Source: Schizochytrium sp. TIO01 (taxonomy: Eukaryota > Protista > Bigyra: Labyrinthulomycetes). From it: a stretch of 64,000 nt of DNA. The notes below the pieces were generated by a model, which saw nothing but the letters and a program-made list of their open reading frames with translations, was not told the origin of the DNA and searched no databases. Positions 1 to 12,100 of this stretch are shown piece by piece. The DNA is taken from assembly GCA_004764695.1 (NCBI GenBank), contig SMSO01000037.1:1774747-1838746 (forward strand), in the 5' to 3' direction. A program made the translations under genes and the position numbers. The stretch's first letter is position 1. The number at the start of each line of letters is the position of its first letter.

Positions 1-1087
1 AAGTGCACTCTAGCGAGCTAGATTGCTGGTGCAAGCCTGGAGTGGCACCACCAAGAGTAATCGAACACCTTGTCAGCCCTCCGAAAGTCCCACAAGAGGA
101 CCGGAAAATCAGTTTTTGCGTTTTCCGAGGACTGCATACTTTTCACTTTGGCGGTGGACCCCGTTGCCAGCAAGCAGGCAGGCGTGAAGCAGCCCTAGCA
201 GCAGCTTCACGAGCTTGAATGAGATCTCCCGGTCACGGCGAACTGAACCCTATCAGCATCCAGGCATCGCCCCCGCGAGACTTCCGGGCCCAGGCGAGCG
301 CAACGACGATCAACAGCAAAAGAAAAGAGAATTACAAGTGCTATTAGTACAACTCAGGAGGAAAGCGAGACCCGGAACCTCTCGTCTCTCCTCTGCAGAC
401 ATTGCTTCAAGAACAGATAGCTCCTCGTGCCGTAGCTCGCAACTGGAGTATTATTCAACCAACTAACACCGTTCTCGACCCACACTCTGTAATCCCGGTA
501 CTGTTCTAGGTGATTACTAGTTAACTTGCATCACATCACCAACTACTGTGGTCATTTGCTGCAGTGTTTCTGCTGGTGCTTTTTGTACTTATCTCGTTGT
601 TATTCTAATTAGGTTCGAAAGCAGCCAAAGAAGACTTAGGCATTCTGTGTGTTTGTCTCTGTATAAAGTAAGAAAAAGAAACGGATCGAACTCCGCACAA
701 ACCGAGTCGTTGGCTCACCTGTGGTGCTCTTTGGTTATTGTTTTGTACTCAATTAACTTGTTGACCTGGTTGACTCATATCATTCCTACAGCAGTACATT
801 GTTCAAGCAAAATAGGCTTTTAGTCTAAAATCTGATATAGCCTGTGCTTTAGGGATAAGCATAGCCATTTAGTTTACCTAATCGTCATCTCACTAAGGCA
901 CTCACTCTACCAACGTGGCTATCAAGAGCACATACACATCAGCAAGAAAGGCATAAATATTGAAGCTTTTCTCTGGAAATTCTAAAGTACTAGCCCCATA
1001 GGGATTCACTTTTACCCAAATTTGCCGTCAACTGATCTCAGATCTGGTTTAAGAATCTCCCAACCGCGCAAGTCTACGAGCACTTGG

Positions 1088-3172
1088 ATGAGCGATCGAT
1101 ACGGAAGAAAGCAGAACCCGCATCATTCGCAGAGCACTCCAGATAGTGCCACAAGTCGAGGAGATAGCGACTCAGACAGAGACTCCTCCGGAACCTCTCG
1201 GGGTGCGCCACCCGCACCCCAGCCATCAAACAGGTTTTCTCCATCAGACGGCCAGGGAACAGGTGCAACAGCGAGAGGATTTTCGCGTGGCAACTCCCAT
1301 CTGCCTGACCGCAGCCCAACCTTTCCTGGTGGCACAGAAATGGCATCTTCGCTCGGCGTGCTCTCTGCCAATCAGAACAGCGCAATGTTAACAAACGTTA
1401 ATCCTGCAAACTTCAAATCAAGTATGCTAGGCGCTGGACCTACAGCGGGAGCTGGTCCCGGGCAGCTTGGCAGGGGTCATTTCTCTTCTAAATCCATGAT
1501 GCCGTCATCATCTGCTGGCGTTGGTAGACCTGGCGGCGCAAGTGAAATGCCAAGGCCCAATATCAAACGTGAGCACAAGAACATAGAAGATAGCCCTGAT
1601 GTGGAACCAGTTGCTACACACACTCGCTCCAGTAATAAGCGTTCCCGTGTCACAAGTTGCAGTCGCAAGTTCTCTGCAGAAGACGATGCTAGTGACCACA
1701 GCTCTGAGCCGCCTTCGGATGCTCCCATCGACAGGAACTCTCCAAGTCGAGCTGGTGGTACACAACGTAGAGCATCCAGCCGATACCGCGGTGTTTGTTG
1801 GCTGAAAAAACGTAAAGCATGGCGGGCGCGTATTGAAATTGATGGTGTGCGGAAGCATTTGGGCTACTTCAATGACGAGGTTGCTGCCGCTCGAGCATAT
1901 GATGCTCGCGCAAGAGAAACCCTTGGTCTTTCTGCTCGCCTTAACTTTCCCGATGAGGAAGAACGCGAAGCTGCCGCTGCGGCCTCCAGAGCATCAGCAA
2001 CATCAACAGCAACTCCTCCTGGATCAAATTTTCAGCACAATGCCTCAAGATTATTAATGGGTACTCGTCAATCCTCTAGCTCATCGTCTCCGGCCGACGT
2101 AAACTCTGACGCAAGTTCAGGACTCTCGCTCGTACGTGATACATCTTTCGGTACACCGCCCTTACGATCAATTGCCCAGCAACGAACTTTTTCTGGTTCT
2201 TCGGCACCGCAGCGCCCTCTTTCTTCAGCTTCGTTCCGTGAGATGGAGAACTCAAGGGTGCAGCAGCAACAGTTCTCTCACATCTCCCAGCTTGCGAATA
2301 ATCCATCTTCGGTTGCAGTAGGTGCATCTCCCTTGGCCGACTCGCCAGGTGCTGTGCAGCATGCATTGCAACAATTTTTGCTTGGGATTTACCAACAACA
2401 AAATCCCCAGCTGCAACAACAAATGCATGAGTCTCAGATTCCAACCTTGCAGGAGCTGGCATCATTGAATGTGAACTCTGGGAGTCAAATGCGGTCCCAA
2501 TACCTTTTCCCTACGCTCTTCAGAACTCAACAACCTGGTGCTGCACTCGATAGTAATAGCAACAGCTCTACTACTGGACCTATGTCTTCTTCTGCATACC
2601 CTTCCCTGTCTTCGGAACAAGGATCGCTCTCTGTGCCTGCCAGAACTGCGTCTGGTACACCACCACTCTCCTCGGCTACGCCTTCATCCGCAAGCAGGTC
2701 TGTGGACGACTTCATTAGGGATTTGGCTCGTCATGATGTTACTTATGATTCCCAAACAGGCCGGTATGCTGTTCACCCTATACGTCAAAACCGGCGTATT
2801 TACCTCGGAAGCTATGATACTCGAGAAGAAGCTCTTCAAGCGAGCGCAACATGTGCTAGACTTCTCTTGGCCGAGTATGCTGACCAAAGCTCACATGCCC
2901 CTACTCAGGTACCTTTCAACAATCACACACAACAACCGTTTGAAGCTGCTGCCATGGAGCAGCAACAGCAACAGCAGCTTCAGCACATTCGTCTGCCAAC
3001 ACAAATCTCTGGACAGCCATTCAATTTCTCTAACCCGTCCCTTGCAACTTCATTTGCTCATATCATGAACCAGTTTAGAGATGTTCAAACTCAGCAGCAG
3101 CAGCAACAACAACAACAACAACAACAATCTTTGGCTCACAAACAAGTGAAGCGTGAGCCTCGTGATCATTAA
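1088..3172 (+). CDS. AP2-domain transcription factor (one canonical and one degenerate AP2 domain; S/Q-rich, polyQ tail)
   Basis: SRYRGVCWLKKRKAWRARIEIDGVRKHLGYFNDEVAAARAYDARARETLGLSARLNFP (about 1777-1951) is a typical AP2 domain. A second, diverged copy DVTYDSQTGRYAVHPIRQNRRIYLGSYDTREEA lies at about 2734-2835. The ORF track starts at TTG 1022; the first ATG is 1088. Confidence 0.88.
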   Translation: MSDRYGRKQNPHHSQSTPDSATSRGDSDSDRDSSGTSRGAPPAPQPSNRFSPSDGQGTGATARGFSRGNSHLPDRSPTFPGGTEMASSLGVLSANQNSAMLTNVNPANFKSSMLGAGPTAGAGPGQLGRGHFSSKSMMPSSSAGVGRPGGASEMPRPNIKREHKNIEDSPDVEPVATHTRSSNKRSRVTSCSRKFSAEDDASDHSSEPPSDAPIDRNSPSRAGGTQRRASSRYRGVCWLKKRKAWRARIEIDGVRKHLGYFNDEVAAARAYDARARETLGLSARLNFPDEEEREAAAAASRASATSTATPPGSNFQHNASRLLMGTRQSSSSSSPADVNSDASSGLSLVRDTSFGTPPLRSIAQQRTFSGSSAPQRPLSSASFREMENSRVQQQQFSHISQLANNPSSVAVGASPLADSPGAVQHALQQFLLGIYQQQNPQLQQQMHESQIPTLQELASLNVNSGSQMRSQYLFPTLFRTQQPGAALDSNSNSSTTGPMSSSAYPSLSSEQGSLSVPARTASGTPPLSSATPSSASRSVDDFIRDLARHDVTYDSQTGRYAVHPIRQNRRIYLGSYDTREEALQASATCARLLLAEYADQSSHAPTQVPFNNHTQQPFEAAAMEQQQQQQLQHIRLPTQISGQPFNFSNPSLATSFAHIMNQFRDVQTQQQQQQQQQQQQSLAHKQVKREPRDH

Positions 3173-6100
3173 TCTGCTACATAATTCTAGTAATAACATT
3201 TAGTGAGATGCTTTGCTTTGCTTACTCTTTGAGAAAAATTATTCATCTTTATATGGTAGAAGAAAAAGTTCAGTTTTGGTCTTTCGTTTTTGGTTCGTAT
3301 CATTTATCTACTTACTTTTTGCAAGTTGTGGCTCTCTAAATGCTTAATTTCAATAATCCTCTTTCATTGTCTCTCATACATGGAATTGCATATCATTTCG
3401 TGCGTTTATCAAAGTTCTTTAGGGAGAATGTATGTATGAGACTCTCCCAGACACAGTTGTAGAACTTCCAAACTACACAGAACCTGGTTTGATTTCCAGC
3501 ACCAAAGAAACACAAGATAAAGTAGGGACATTCAGTTTTATTTCCGTGGTGAACTTGCAAAATGTAGTAGTGCAGAGAGTGAATTGTATTAGAGGACCCT
3601 TTATGTGTGTATGTCTAATTGCATGCTGGGATTTATGCTCATTCATTGAATCTTGGTAAACCAATTTTCTTTAACAAAGTTTTTGGACACAAATGGTCAC
3701 AGAAACTTCTAAACATTTGAAGGAAACACGAACGGAAAAAAAAGAGACAATACTGTGCTTTAACTATTATGCCGTGCACTTCCTTTGGATAGACTGATTT
3801 CACATGGAACGAATTTGCTTCATGAATACCCATCTAATACTGCTGACAAAATGGTTTACAATCATGCAACTATATAAAGTTTTGAAGAATAAGGGTGCAT
3901 CACTAATCTAATTGGCTTGATTGGTCAGCTGTAAGAAACGATATTATATAACCTAGCAATTAGTCTGATGTAGCATTTTAGTTAGAAGACCTTTTAACTT
4001 TTATATCCCTAGCAAAAGTTTCCTTCGTTGGGACATTTGAGAAAACTATTATGTCTTGAATATGAGAGTACAGGATTTAGTGCGCAATGCAACCAGATAA
4101 TGCTTTCGATCAAATATTCAAGTAGTCTTCAATAGCTTTACAGTTGCGTTAACTAAAATTGGCCCAATCTCTTCAACCTGGCATTGCAATAAAACACTGA
4201 CAGTACGTTTATGCACCGATCATTCATTTAAGAAAAATACATTTTCTAAAAACCTAAGATCACCATTTGCTTTTGAAGAAAACATTTTCTAGATATTTAT
4301 AATTATCTAAGAGGCCTACTGAATTGGTAGGAAATCGCCACGACATCATAGCAGTGTGCAAAGGAGGTGATGGAACCTTGCATTATCCTGTAAGCTATTC
4401 TTCATGCAGGATGTACTATGTTATTTTCCTCGTGCTGCTCTAGTCAATCTGGCTCATCCAACAATTATCTTCTTTTCATCATAAAACCAGGTACTGCAAG
4501 GTATAACATGATATAACAACGCCATCGTTATCCACTCGGACTTGTATTACTCAAGCATTTGGAAAGAAAAACCGATGAGATCATCTGCTTCACTGTCGGT
4601 CAGGAGATGGTAGCATCGTGCTCAGAAAAGGTGCACCAGTCGGTATTTTCAACTAGTAATGTATCCCATGTAAAAACTAGCTCAACGTTGTTTCGAGTTC
4701 CAGATCCATAGGGTCAAACAAAGGGAGCTACGCTGTTTTTTTAATGGAATGCTGGACTCTGTAGCTATGTGAGATAGGTTGCAAGCTGCAATTTCAAACC
4801 AGTAGCAGCAACTCGTTTTCTTTTAGGAATGTCAATTTATTACATACTCGTTCTTCGTATTTCCTGTACCATTTGGGGCACTTTTCCAATACAATTTGTA
4901 AAGAATCTCAAGCTAGATCTCCATAAGCTCTAGCAAATGAATCAGCTCTCTCAAAGATAGGGATGACAAAATTGGTCCCCTCTCATCACAAGGAAGAAAC
5001 TGCTATCCTTTACAACTACCTACCATTTACACTATCAGCTTGCCTCTTCTGGGACCTTCTCTGCCCGTCCTTCTGTGGATGTTATATAGTCAGTCTTCTT
5101 GAGCATATATATTTACAATAGACTTGTATGACTCCCGCCGAAGTGAAGTATTTAATAGTGTACTTAACTTAAACCCTTTAGTACATATTGCTAATGAGGC
5201 ACATAGAAACTCTTATTCTCTGACTGCCCTCATCAACGCTGCCACCACTGCCTGTGCTCTGCTACAGCTGCTGGAAAGTCTGCTGCCTGGCAGTACGTCG
5301 CGAGGGCCCTGTTGCCAAGCTGCTATTCCTTGACTCCTCTGCCACGTGTGTGTGCCATCCTTGGCTTTCCTGCGTCGGTGGCCTTCTATACAATCGTTCG
5401 CTCATATATATTCATTCATTTATTCATTCATTCGCTGATTCTTTATCATTTATAAAGTTATCATTCCTATTCTTATTACGACGAGTAGCGACTGTTACGA
5501 TCCATAAGCTACTGATCTGATCTATGCATCAAAATAAAATGCCAAGTTTTCGAGCTTTGCCATGACGCTCAAGCACAGATTCGTAGCCATCCTAGGAGCC
5601 GCGAGGTTCATGCAGGTGAGAGGTAGGTCTGTTTGTGTGTAGACACGCATATCCAGACACCCTAGTTAGCTTTTCATGTATTGCCCATCCATCGTCTGTG
5701 GGATGCGCTGGCACTGCTCGTGCTCTTGCCGTTGCCGTTGAGAAAGCAGAACTACTACATCTATCTTCAAAGCCGGCATACTTCATACACTCAGACTAAC
5801 TGCAGCACGATCGTTCGTCAACTCCAAATTACCGATCATTGCAGAACCACCGTGTCTTGCATAAGCAGCGCTACAAGGGATTCACGATTCATGGTGTCCT
5901 ATTCTGCTCGCTCAATTCCACCGCGCATCTCAATACCGAGGCCCTTCCGGTTTCCTGATCTTAGTTAACTAGCTATGTAGATGCCTGGTCCACACAAAGC
6001 GGTGATCGCCGAGGGCACCAGCATCATCACCACCACCACCAGCATCAGCATCGTCATCGTCTACATCTTCATCACCATCGTGATCAATAATACCCTCCAT

Positions 6101-6240
6101 TGCTCGTCATGAATCGCTCGCCAGAACTGATCGTGACGGCGGTGCTACTACCAATCGCCATCGTCGCCAGCTGCTGCTATCACTGCTCACGCGCACTCCA
6201 CTGCAGTCCTCGCCAGAGTGTCACGCAACGCAGTTAATCC

Positions 6241-6281
6241 GTCAGTCAGTCAGTCAGTCAGTCAGTCAGTCAGTCAGTCAG
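6241..6281. repeat. (GTCA)n microsatellite
   Basis: About 10 perfect units, read directly. Confidence 0.95.
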
Positions 6282-6600
6282 CAAGAAGCAAGCTCGTCCA
6301 AGCTCGCGCCCATGGCCTCTTGGTACGTATCGTTGATCCTCAGCCAAGGAGAGAGGACAGACACGCCTCCTCCCTCCTATTGCCTCCATTACATTCCATT
6401 CCATTCCATTACATTCCATTACATTCCGCCGTACTAACTAAGAGCACTGCTTTCTATCCTTCTATCCTTCTATCTATCTATCTATCTGCTTATCCAATTA
6501 TCTATTTAATAATCTGTTTAACTATCTGTTCAACAACCTGTTTAGTCATCTCCTTAATCATCTATTCAATGATCCACGCATAAAAACAATCGATTTAGCA

Positions 6601-6641
<41 letters not shown>

Positions 6642-7062
6642 GCAGCCTATCTAGCACTCTGCCTATCCGTCTATCTGCCTATCTCTCTCTATTGCGTAGT
6701 CCTACGGACATATTGCACAGTAGCGGCGCCTAGGGGCTGCTAGTGGAGCATCTAGCTATGGTTGGAGTACCCTCTGCTACTGCCCCCTAGCATGCTGTAC
6801 ATGCTGACTAGGCCCCTCATGTGCTATGATGAAGTGTCGTAGTTATGAGGTCTCTAATTGATGTGATATGTCTACTGTATGATATATGATGTTATGTATG
6901 TGTGTCTGTAAGTATATGTATATACATGTGTATATGTGTATATGTCTGTCTCTCTATGTATGTAATGTATGTGAGAAGGAATGTGATATGTATGTATGTT
7001 TGAATGTATGTTTGAATTATGTATGTATGTATGTATGTATGTATGTGGATATGTAGATAGGG

Positions 7063-7093
<31 letters not shown>

Positions 7094-7100
7094 GAGAGAG
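6601..7100. repeat. (ATCT)n, (TATG)n and (GATA)n microsatellite cluster upstream of MIC60
   Basis: Visible tracts at 6601-6641 and about 7018-7095. Confidence 0.9.
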
Positions 7101-7186
7101 AAGATCAAGGCGAGGATCGAACAAACCCCGTTGCCGCTCGGCCGCCCGCTCCCGTCTCGCCCCGCCCCGCCCAGATCTTCTCTGCG

Positions 7187-9148
7187 ATGCAGGCCTCCGC
7201 CTCCCGCGCTCGCCGCCTGGGCCACGTTGCCTCGCAGCGTGCCTCCGCCCTTGCGCGGTCGTATGCGACGTCGAAGCCGCCGCCCAAGGCCAGCGTGCCG
7301 CCGACAGCAGGCGCTGGCGAGAAGTACGCAGCAGGCGCAGCACCTGCCGCGCAGGCCGCCAAGTCCTCGGGAGGAGGAGCTGGAAAACTCCTCCTTCTCG
7401 CTGCAGTGGTGGCACCGCCCGCCTACGTTGCGTACATGACTCGCCAGGATGGCGACTTCCGCCGCGACTTCGAGAAGTCCGCACCTGAGGTGTACAGGAT
7501 GGTCTCGCCGTACCTTATCGAGGACAACTCTAGCGAAGAGGGCGCTCACGGAGGCGAGTTCGAAGGACTCCACATCCACTCCCTCAAGAAAGAACTCGAG
7601 GAGCTCGAGACCAAGCTTGCAGACACTGTGAGCTCCAGCGTCACCTTTACCAAGGAGGAGGTCAACCAGCTCAAGAAGGATGTCCAGGACAAGATTGCGG
7701 AGCTCCAGAAGGCTCGTGAAGAGCATGACAAGAAGCAGAAAGAGGCCAAGGGTGCCCAGGAGCAAGAGCAGGATGCCTCCAAGAAGGTTGATGCTGAGGT
7801 CGTTGAGAAAGATGCTTCTGCCGGAGACTCTGCTGAGACTGAGGTCGCCAAAACCGCAGAGGAACTTGAGGTAAAGGAAGAAGAGCCTGCGATCGTAGAA
7901 ATCGAAGTGATTGCTGTGGAAGATGAGAACGCTGAAGAACAGAAGGAGGACAACTCGAGGCAGAAGTCCGCAGAAGCTCGCAACAAGCTTGATGCGATCA
8001 AGAGCCGTGCTCGTGGACTCAAGGCCAAGGCTGATGCCAGCGCCGCAGAGCAGATCCAGGAGATGGAGAAGGAGCTCCGCAAGGATCTTGAGGTTGTTCT
8101 GGCCCACGACCTTGGCAACCTTGACGAGGAGGGACTTCGCCGTCGCGTGGTGCAGCTTGTTCTTGAGCTGAAGGATCGCAACCGCTGGGAGGCGATGCGT
8201 ATGTATGAGCTCACTAAGCAGCACAACGAGGATATGGTTAAGAAGTACGATGACCTTTTGAGGGATCAGGCAGACCGTTACGAAGAGATCATGCGTATGG
8301 AGGTTGCTGAGGTCGCTCTCCGCACTGAGGAGGATGCCGAGGTTCGCGCAGAGGACCACTTCAACCGTGTTCTTTTCAACAAGGAGCAGCAGTGGCACCG
8401 CCAGACCCAGGAGGCCCTCGAGCGCCAGCGTGTGGAACTTGCGCGCGAGATGGAGCACAAGTTCGTACAGGCTAAGTCCCAGCTTGAAGCCAAGGCATCT
8501 GAGGACATCGCTGCGCGCGTGCAGGCCCTCGACGGACTCAAGGCAAAGGTACAGAACCTCCAGGCAGCGCTCCAGCACCGCTCTGATAATGAGATTTCCG
8601 CAAAGAACCTCCGTGAGATGTCGCTTGCGATGCTCGAGGTTCAGGATGCCCTTTACAAGCGCCCGCAAGAGGTTGGTAGCGCACTCCAGAAGCTCCGCAA
8701 GGCGGCGTCTGGTGATGCATCCATCGACGCAGCACTCTCCACCATCTCGCCGCGTATCATGCGTAAGGGAGTTGCGGGAGAAATCGATCTGCTTCAGCGT
8801 TTTGACTCGGTATTTGATGAGTGCTACAAGGTTGCCCTTGTGCCTGATGAAGATGCAGGAATTGTCGAGTATGCCGTCGCTCGTGCGGTTGCGGCTTTGA
8901 CTTTCCGCAAGGGAGACTCGCCTAAGGCCTCCGAATCCCAGGAGTTCCACCTCACCCAGGCTCGCAACTTGCTGCAGAACAAGCACGATCTTGCAGCAAC
9001 AGTGCGCGAGATGGACCACCTCCAAGGCCTTGTCAAGAACACTGCAAGCGATTGGGTGTCAGAGGCCAAGGACCGCGTCGCTGTCGAGCAGGCGCTCATC
9101 CTTGTCAAATCGCACCTCAGCGTTTTGTCGGCATCTCTTGCCAAGTAA
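7187..9148 (+). CDS. MIC60: MICOS subunit MIC60 / mitofilin
   Basis: R/A/S-rich mitochondrial presequence (…ALARSYAT), a single TM segment (LLLLAAVVAPPAYVAYM), a long E/K coiled coil, and a C-terminal mitofilin-like end (LAATVREMDHLQGLVKNTASDWVSEAKDRVAVEQAL). Strong GC3 codon bias. Confidence 0.82.
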   Translation: MQASASRARRLGHVASQRASALARSYATSKPPPKASVPPTAGAGEKYAAGAAPAAQAAKSSGGGAGKLLLLAAVVAPPAYVAYMTRQDGDFRRDFEKSAPEVYRMVSPYLIEDNSSEEGAHGGEFEGLHIHSLKKELEELETKLADTVSSSVTFTKEEVNQLKKDVQDKIAELQKAREEHDKKQKEAKGAQEQEQDASKKVDAEVVEKDASAGDSAETEVAKTAEELEVKEEEPAIVEIEVIAVEDENAEEQKEDNSRQKSAEARNKLDAIKSRARGLKAKADASAAEQIQEMEKELRKDLEVVLAHDLGNLDEEGLRRRVVQLVLELKDRNRWEAMRMYELTKQHNEDMVKKYDDLLRDQADRYEEIMRMEVAEVALRTEEDAEVRAEDHFNRVLFNKEQQWHRQTQEALERQRVELAREMEHKFVQAKSQLEAKASEDIAARVQALDGLKAKVQNLQAALQHRSDNEISAKNLREMSLAMLEVQDALYKRPQEVGSALQKLRKAASGDASIDAALSTISPRIMRKGVAGEIDLLQRFDSVFDECYKVALVPDEDAGIVEYAVARAVAALTFRKGDSPKASESQEFHLTQARNLLQNKHDLAATVREMDHLQGLVKNTASDWVSEAKDRVAVEQALILVKSHLSVLSASLAK

Positions 9149-12100
9149 TAAATTAACTATCAAGTAGCACCTTCAGACACATTACCGACATACACGCACA
9201 ACCAACCATACGTCAACCATAAACCAACCAACCAACTAACCAATCCACCGATCAATCCATCACATTACCTACCTACTGATCAACAGCGGAGGACGCCCTG
9301 CATCTATACCACTATCTTCATCTTCTTGGGCCATCAGATTTATCCCTTTTTTGCTTATATATATGTATATATGAGTGATAAAGGGCATTTGTGTTTGTGT
9401 GCATGATGGAGAAATCCATCCTGTTCCTTGCCCGTTTGTACTTCTCGGATTCCTGATCAACTTGCCTCCAATGACAACAGCTCCCGCGTTGTCCTCGCCA
9501 CTATCAGGACTACCCTTACATTACCATTTTCTTAGTCAATGATATGAAGACCAACAGCCGTAACGGCATTCACTCAATCCCTTTTATGGATATTGCACAG
9601 CACTTGCGTCGCACTAGTCCGCCATCGCTCTGTCAGCTCATGTTGTTCTTGTGCATATAGTGTTGGAGTCCACAGCCGCAACCTCTGGGATGGATCGAAC
9701 ACCTACTACCTTTCTCATGTAAGTGGCGATCCCATACCCAATGCCGATTGTGGTTGCCGAGGGTGGTCTTCACTAGCAAAAACGATCTTCTTCTCTCTTT
9801 CTGTTTTTTTTTTTTTTGTCTCTTCAATATATTGAGTTGGCATAATTCCTCTGCAGATTTCAAAATGCATCCATATGTGCGAAGGATTATTTTGTCCGGA
9901 CTCGTTCCTAGCCTATCATTTCAACAGAACAACATACTGCAGCGATGGTTGTAACGAGTTAGTTCTTGATGACTCAACTTCAAGACCTTCCCTAACAGAA
10001 ACCCAATGTGCCTTGGTTACTTAGCGTAATGATACAGTTTGCTACCTGCTGCTCCCGTAGCAGAAATTTCAGCAAACGAAACCTTCAAACAAATACCATA
10101 AATTTAGACAGAGTTCAATCTTACAATGTTCTACTTTCTTGATGATCAGCCCATGAAAAATATAGAACTGAAAGTTTTGCATGTTTGCTCTTGGTGCAAG
10201 CTTGTAAATGGGATCAAAAGTTTAGCCCTGCTGTTCTCACTCTGGTCCTGTTGTGAGTGATAACTATTTTTAAGCATGTGATCAATGTAATTGTGTGCAA
10301 ATACTGCTTACGAAGAATACAAGCACCATGACATGGTTCTTTTTATTTTATTCTGAGGTCTAGTTCTGGTTTGACTCTTTGCCGCCCGCAGAATCTAGTG
10401 GTCATAAATTGACGAATACAGGAGTGAAACGTGCTCTATTGTAAAGACAAGTTGTATACAGTAGTCAAAGGGAAGAATCGAAGCGCTGAGATAAACCACC
10501 ACACTAGGTAAAGCCCACTGGAATCACAATCCTGCAATCTTCTCGAGCAGGAAGCAAAACAGTAGTGAGAAAAACATTCTTAACGAATCCAACCTTTGTG
10601 ATCCCTTGGCATACATCAAACACGCTTCGCTTAGATTGTATTGCAAAATGAGCAGTTAGTTTATGAGTTATATTTTGCTTAAGGAAAAAAAAATAGTCGA
10701 GTACTCTTCAGAAATCAGGAGTCATTTCTTTGTTGAAATACTAATACGAGCAACGGACCAATCTAGTGACTGGTTGCTCGTGTTGTATTAGTTCCTTGCA
10801 TTTTCGTTCACTTTGCTTTGAAGTTGTTCCGTCATGTAGTCTTTGAAATACTTGCTCCAACGCTAGATCCCCCCCTCAGAGCGAAAAGTACCTAGTATTA
10901 TCCAATCTTTCAACGTCCCTTCCACGTCCTCGATCTTTGTTATTCTCCAGCGTCTTCACTGCGCGTACGACATTTTCACATTTCCACGAAGGCGTATAAA
11001 TCAAGATAGCCAAAGAGGGTAAGAAAACAACAAAAACCCACAGTAATATCCTCAAGAGGAAGAACAACTTGTCTAAATCCAATTCCAAACCAAAGAAGTA
11101 AAGTCTAAGAGTGAAACGAAGGTACATCAATGCAGAATCATACCAGAGTTGATAAAACTGTTGGATGCCACAAGGTGAAGAGAATAAAGAGAATAGAACA
11201 GGAATTTAAGAAATGTGCAATAGTGCGAAGTACTTCAACACGCGTCATTATAGATAAATATGGAACCCAAAATTTAACGTGCGTGAGGAGACCGTCTACA
11301 AGCACCATTGTCACGAGGTGCAGGTTTGCCAAATAAAATTAGAATATAACATCGACGTATTATACATTCTGGGGAAAGTGTTAGGACAAGTTTGAGGAAA
11401 ACACTGAACTCTATAATTTACATCCAAGTCTGAACGATGAAGAAGAGGTACGAAAGAATAGTTACAAAAATGTACTTGAAAATTCGATAGAAAACAATGC
11501 TGGCCCGGCACATGCTAAATTGCTGGAAGCACCCTGTGGGTGAAATAGGTGGAGATAGAGAAACAGTAATGTATGGGATTCAGACCGCCGCGAACAAACA
11601 GAATCTGGAAATTGGGAATCATCTTATCAAATACTTCTTCATAATGCGGTCAGGTGACATATAAGCTTGGGAGGCTGTTGCTCTCCAAACTTGGTTCATA
11701 ACCATGCGCTACTTCCGCAATAAGATGTGTAAAATCTATAGCTTAAGATATTCCATATCACTCTGATTCATCATTACTTTAAAAAAAAAATACAAACATA
11801 CGTGGGAAGGTGAGAAGTGAAATACAGTATAGTTACAAGATGGCTTTGATGCTACTGAGATCTCCAATCGAAGGAACTTATCGACAAACTATTGCTAGGG
11901 CTCTTTGCGTCCTATTGTAAGCCCTCAAAAAGAGAGGACGTACAGAATCAAAACTGGGCAATCAGATGCGAGGTTGTGAAGTCGAGATAGCCGAGATATG
12001 AAAACAGGGATGAGCATTCACCAGAATTATGAATAATGACATCTAAAGTGATGATTGGCGAGGTATATTAAGCTAACTTCTTCAGTTTTGCCTAGTACAG

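Noticed and set aside
6872-9025. 717-aa minus-strand ORF
   Set aside because: Antisense shadow of MIC60 caused by strong codon bias; it ends in microsatellite-derived sequence.
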